From positions 16,802,001 through 16,866,000 of the forward strand of contig NC_083237.1 in NCBI RefSeq assembly GCF_032191835.1: a stretch of DNA of 64,000 bases, given 5' to 3'. The position numbers and the translations under genes are program-made. Below are positions 60,761 through 64,000 of this stretch, in pieces. Numbering within the stretch: position 1 is the stretch's first letter; every line of letters starts with the position of its first letter. The DNA comes from Heteronotia binoei (lineage: Eukaryota). Below the pieces are notes generated by a model, which saw only the letters and a list, made by a program, of their open reading frames with translations, was not told the DNA's origin and searched no databases.

Positions 60761-61440
60761 GGGTCTTCCTCTAGGGCACTCCCCCAAAGATACTGTTTTC
60801 TCCAGAGGAAATGACTTTCGTGGTCTGGAGATCAGTTGTAACTCAAGGATGTCTCCAGGTCCCACCTGGAGGTTGGCAACCCAAACACCACACTAAGCAC
60901 TGGCGAAGGGGAGAGCAAGATGGGGTACCTGGAGAGTGGGATAATGAGCATCCAGCAGGAAGCTGAAGCTAACAGGAAGAAAGGAAGCAGGAAGCTGAAG
61001 ACAGTATGTGGGAATGGAATATCCCCTCCTATGCAATTCCTCTATAATAATAATAATAACATTTTATTTATATCCCGCCCTCCCCGCCGAGGCAGGCTCA
61101 GGGCGGCTTACAACCTCAGGGGTCCATCGCTTGTAAAAGGCATGATCCAATAAAAATAAATAAATTCTTACAAACCAAGGAACAGCTAAATAATAACATC
61201 TGAAAAATAACACCAAAGCATGCCGGAAAATCCCACCGTAAATTAATGCTACTCCCTTTAGAGATTAAAACCCTTCTTCTCAAGGAAGGTCCTACAAGTT
61301 GCAGGAAAACTTAATAGCAAAGCTTTCTGTCTAATCTTTGTGGTGAGAGGGTTCCTGAAGGTTGGTCCACCAAGCAGGCTCTGTTTCCCACAGCTGTTTA
61401 TCTTTGCAGTAGGAGGGAACCACTAATAAATAGTATACAA

Positions 61441-61845
61441 CAGGGGTGGCCAAACTTGCTCAATGGAAGAGCCACAGATAATAAATGTCAGANNNNNNNN
61501 NNNNNNNNNNNNNNNNNNNNNNNNNNNNNNNNNNNNNNNNNNNNNNNNNNNNNNNNNNNNNNNNNNNNNNNNNNNNNNNNNNNNNNNNNNNNNNNNNNNN
61601 NNNNNNNNNNNNNNNNNNNNNNNNNNNNNNNNNNNNNNNNNNNNNNNNNNNNNNNNNNNNNNNGTGAAAAGAAAGCAACTTTAAATACATTCTCCGAGCT
61701 GCTGGCTGACTTGGCTTGGAGAAGTGAGTTAAAGAAACAAATGCCTCCTCCAAGCTGGCCAACGGGGTGGTGGGGGCTTTGAGAGCCACACAATGTGTGT
61801 GGAAGAGCCACATGTGGCTCCCGAGCTGCAGTTTGGCCATCTCTG
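61441..61845. mobile_element. hAT MITE of the same family, containing an assembly gap
   Basis: Perfect 8-bp TSD GTATACAA. N-run at 61493-61663. Confidence 0.85.
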
Positions 61846-61920
61846 GTATACAACTTTCTGCCCAACAAATCATCCTTACACAGAATATGGTGTCCCATGA
61901 GAATGTCCTAGAATCCACAC

Positions 61921-62139
61921 CTGGTTAAAATGCCTTTGCCACACAATTAAATCTTCATGAATGATGAATTTGTTTCTTCTGGGATCCACTCTCCCAACTT
62001 TCTTTCTAAGGAAAGAGTTGTTTGGGAATATGATCATGTTCATTATATCATATCCAGTTTCTGTTTCTCTGTTATCATTAAAGGACACAGATTTTCCTGC
62101 TGAGTCATTAAATGAAATTCCTTGAAGAGACAGGTGTAC
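61921..62139 (-). CDS. V2R exon (219 nt, end of Venus-flytrap domain)
   Basis: VHLSLQGISFNDSAGKSVSFNDNRETETGYDIMNMIIFPNNSFLRKKVGRVDP...LIVWQRHFNQ. Acceptor ttttctttcaacaAG and donor GTGTGG, both phase 0. Earlier exons lie outside the window. Confidence 0.92.
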
Positions 62140-62214
62140 CTTGTTGAAAGAAAAGGGAGGGGGAGCAGTAACAAGATATAGAAACTGGTATCAAGATTTC
62201 GGAACATGTACGGT

Positions 62215-63498
62215 CAGGACTTTTTTTGTAGCAGGAACTCCTTTGCATATTAGGGCGCACTCCTCCAATGTTCCCTCTAAGCTGTGTTAGTGTGAGCTGG
62301 CTCACAGTTTTTTAGCCTCCAGCCTCACACATTTTTGTCTCAGCTCAGGAAAAATGGCCCTAGAGCAAATGAATGTGTGCAGTAGTTCACAACTTTAATG
62401 CCAGTAGCTCATGAAGCAGAAGTTTTGCTCACAAGACTCCACAGCTTAGAGGGAGCATTGCATAGGGTTGCCAATCCCCAGGCGGGGGCAGGGGATCCCC
62501 CAGTTTGGAGACCCTCCCCCCGCTTCAGGGTCGTCAGAAAGCAGGGGGAGGAGAGGGAAATGTCTGCTGGGAACTCTATTATTCCCTATGGAGATTTATT
62601 CCCATAGAAAATCATGGAGAATTGATCTGCGGGTATCTGGGGCTCTGGGGGGGGGCTGTTGTTTGGGGGTAGAGGCACCACATTTTCTGTATAGCATCTA
62701 GTGCCTCTCCCCAAAATACCCCCCAAGTTTCAAAAAGATTGGACCAGGGGGTCCAATTCTATGAGCCCCAAAAGAAGCTGCCCCCATCCTTCATTATTTC
62801 CTATGGAAGGAAGGAATTGAAAAGGTGTGCCATCCCTTTAAATGTGATGGCCAGAACTCCCTTGGAGTTCATTTATGCTTGTCACACACTGGCTCCTGGC
62901 TCCTCCCCTAATGTCTCCTGGCTCCACCCCCAAATTCTCCTGGCTCCACCCCCAAAGTGGAAGCCAAGCAGTTTCTAAGCACATGCTGGGAAAGTGAAAG
63001 TAACTGATCTGCCAAGTAGATCATCTAAAGTGACAGAAGGTGGCTGGTTGCCAGATTGCATCAGCCTGGACAATGTCAGCATGACTCAGCAGCAAGCTGA
63101 TTGGTCACCTGGGTGGATGAATTGTATAAATGTACAGAGACACTTTACTGTGTGTGGGTTACATATGGTGGAGTTGCATCGGAGCATTCTGTCGGTTTGG
63201 AGAGTGGAGGTGTAAATAAATTGTATATAGTAGTTTTATCACTGCTGTGTGCAAGCCTTCATTCTTTGCGTCACTAAAGACCACCCTCACTAAACACAGG
63301 CGCATCAACACAAAGTCTCCAGATATTTCTTGAACTGGACTTGGCAACCCTAACATTGCACCCCTCTTATGTAGCCAATCCTCCAAGAGCTTAGAGGGCT
63401 CTTATTCCAGGGCCTACTGTAAGCTCTTGGAGGATTGGCTATTACAGAGGAGTGTGGCCTAATATGCAAAGGAGTTCCTCCAACAAAAAAAAGACCTG
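62215..63498. mobile_element. Nested cluster: MITE A > MITE B (62266-62460) > MITE C (62463-63352) > solo LTR
   Basis: TSDs cactcctc/cacccctc (B), gcattgca/acattgca (C) and caaag (LTR). Confidence 0.75.
62958..63310 (+). mobile_element. Solo LTR, 353 bp
   Basis: TG...CA termini and 5-bp TSD CAAAG (62953-62957 and 63311-63315). Internal GATTGG, TATAAA and AATAAA occur in the expected order. Confidence 0.8.
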
Positions 63499-64000
63499 TG
63501 TATGGTAGTAGTAAATATATATTTCATGCTGTTTCACTCAGATCTAACTAACAACAATTTAGCATTCATAGGTTACTGCAGCTCCACATTATTCAGGTTC
63601 TGTGTCTAGGAAAAGATAAAGGTAAAGGTAGTCCCCTGTGCAAGCACCGATCGTTTCTGACTCTGGGGTGATGTCGCATCACGATGTTTTCATGGCAGAC
63701 TTTTTATGGGGTGGTTTGCCATCACCTTCCCCAGTCATCTACACTTTCCCCCCAGCAAGCTGGGTACTTATTTTACTGACCTCGGAAGGATGGATGGCTG
63801 AGTCAACCTTGAGCCGGCTACCTGAATCTGGCTTCTGCTGGGATTGAGCTCGTGAACAGAGCTTGGACTGCAATACTGCAGCTTAACCACTCTGTGCCAC
63901 GGGGCTCATCTACGAAGAGATATGCAGCTACAAAACACTGACATTAGATAATGTATTCAACACCATTTTGCCATGTAGAAGAAAGCTGGACTCTGTCTCA

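Noticed and set aside
62140-64000. Further V2R exon (large VFT exon ending in a ...PWQ-type motif)
   Set aside because: Not found in the non-repeat stretches I translated on the minus strand. The region is nearly all transposon-derived, so the exon probably lies beyond the window.

Overview
Squamate (gecko-like, from the SINE complement) genomic DNA from a chemosensory receptor cluster, with all host genes on the minus strand. It holds five intact class II olfactory receptor ORFs (OR2/OR13-like). OR1-OR4 form one clade, OR3/OR4 are a recent ~8 kb tandem duplication, and OR5 is more distant. It also holds the last three exons of a vomeronasal type-2 (class C GPCR) gene, which ends ~1.5 kb from the OR5 upstream module. 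Each OR has a splice acceptor at a fixed position before its start codon and a homologous upstream module with a splice donor and homeodomain/O-E-like motifs. Most of the rest is transposon debris: L2, CR1, BovB, L1, Penelope-like termini, Squam3/Sauria/Squam2-like/5S-derived SINEs, hAT and Harbinger-type MITEs, and solo LTRs. The best candidates for a second look are (1) covariation-supported minimal hammerhead ribozymes in Penelope-like termini, including a tandem pair spaced 255 nt apart, (2) a 73-bp satellite with higher-order repeats that grew inside a MER1/Charlie-like hAT element, (3) the five-fold OR promoter/exon-1 module, (4) a Harbinger-type MITE group with T[C/G]T target duplications, and (5) the V2R-OR junction. 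I see no wholly new protein-coding system. Repeat family names come from recognition, not database search, and repeat boundaries are approximate unless a TSD is quoted.
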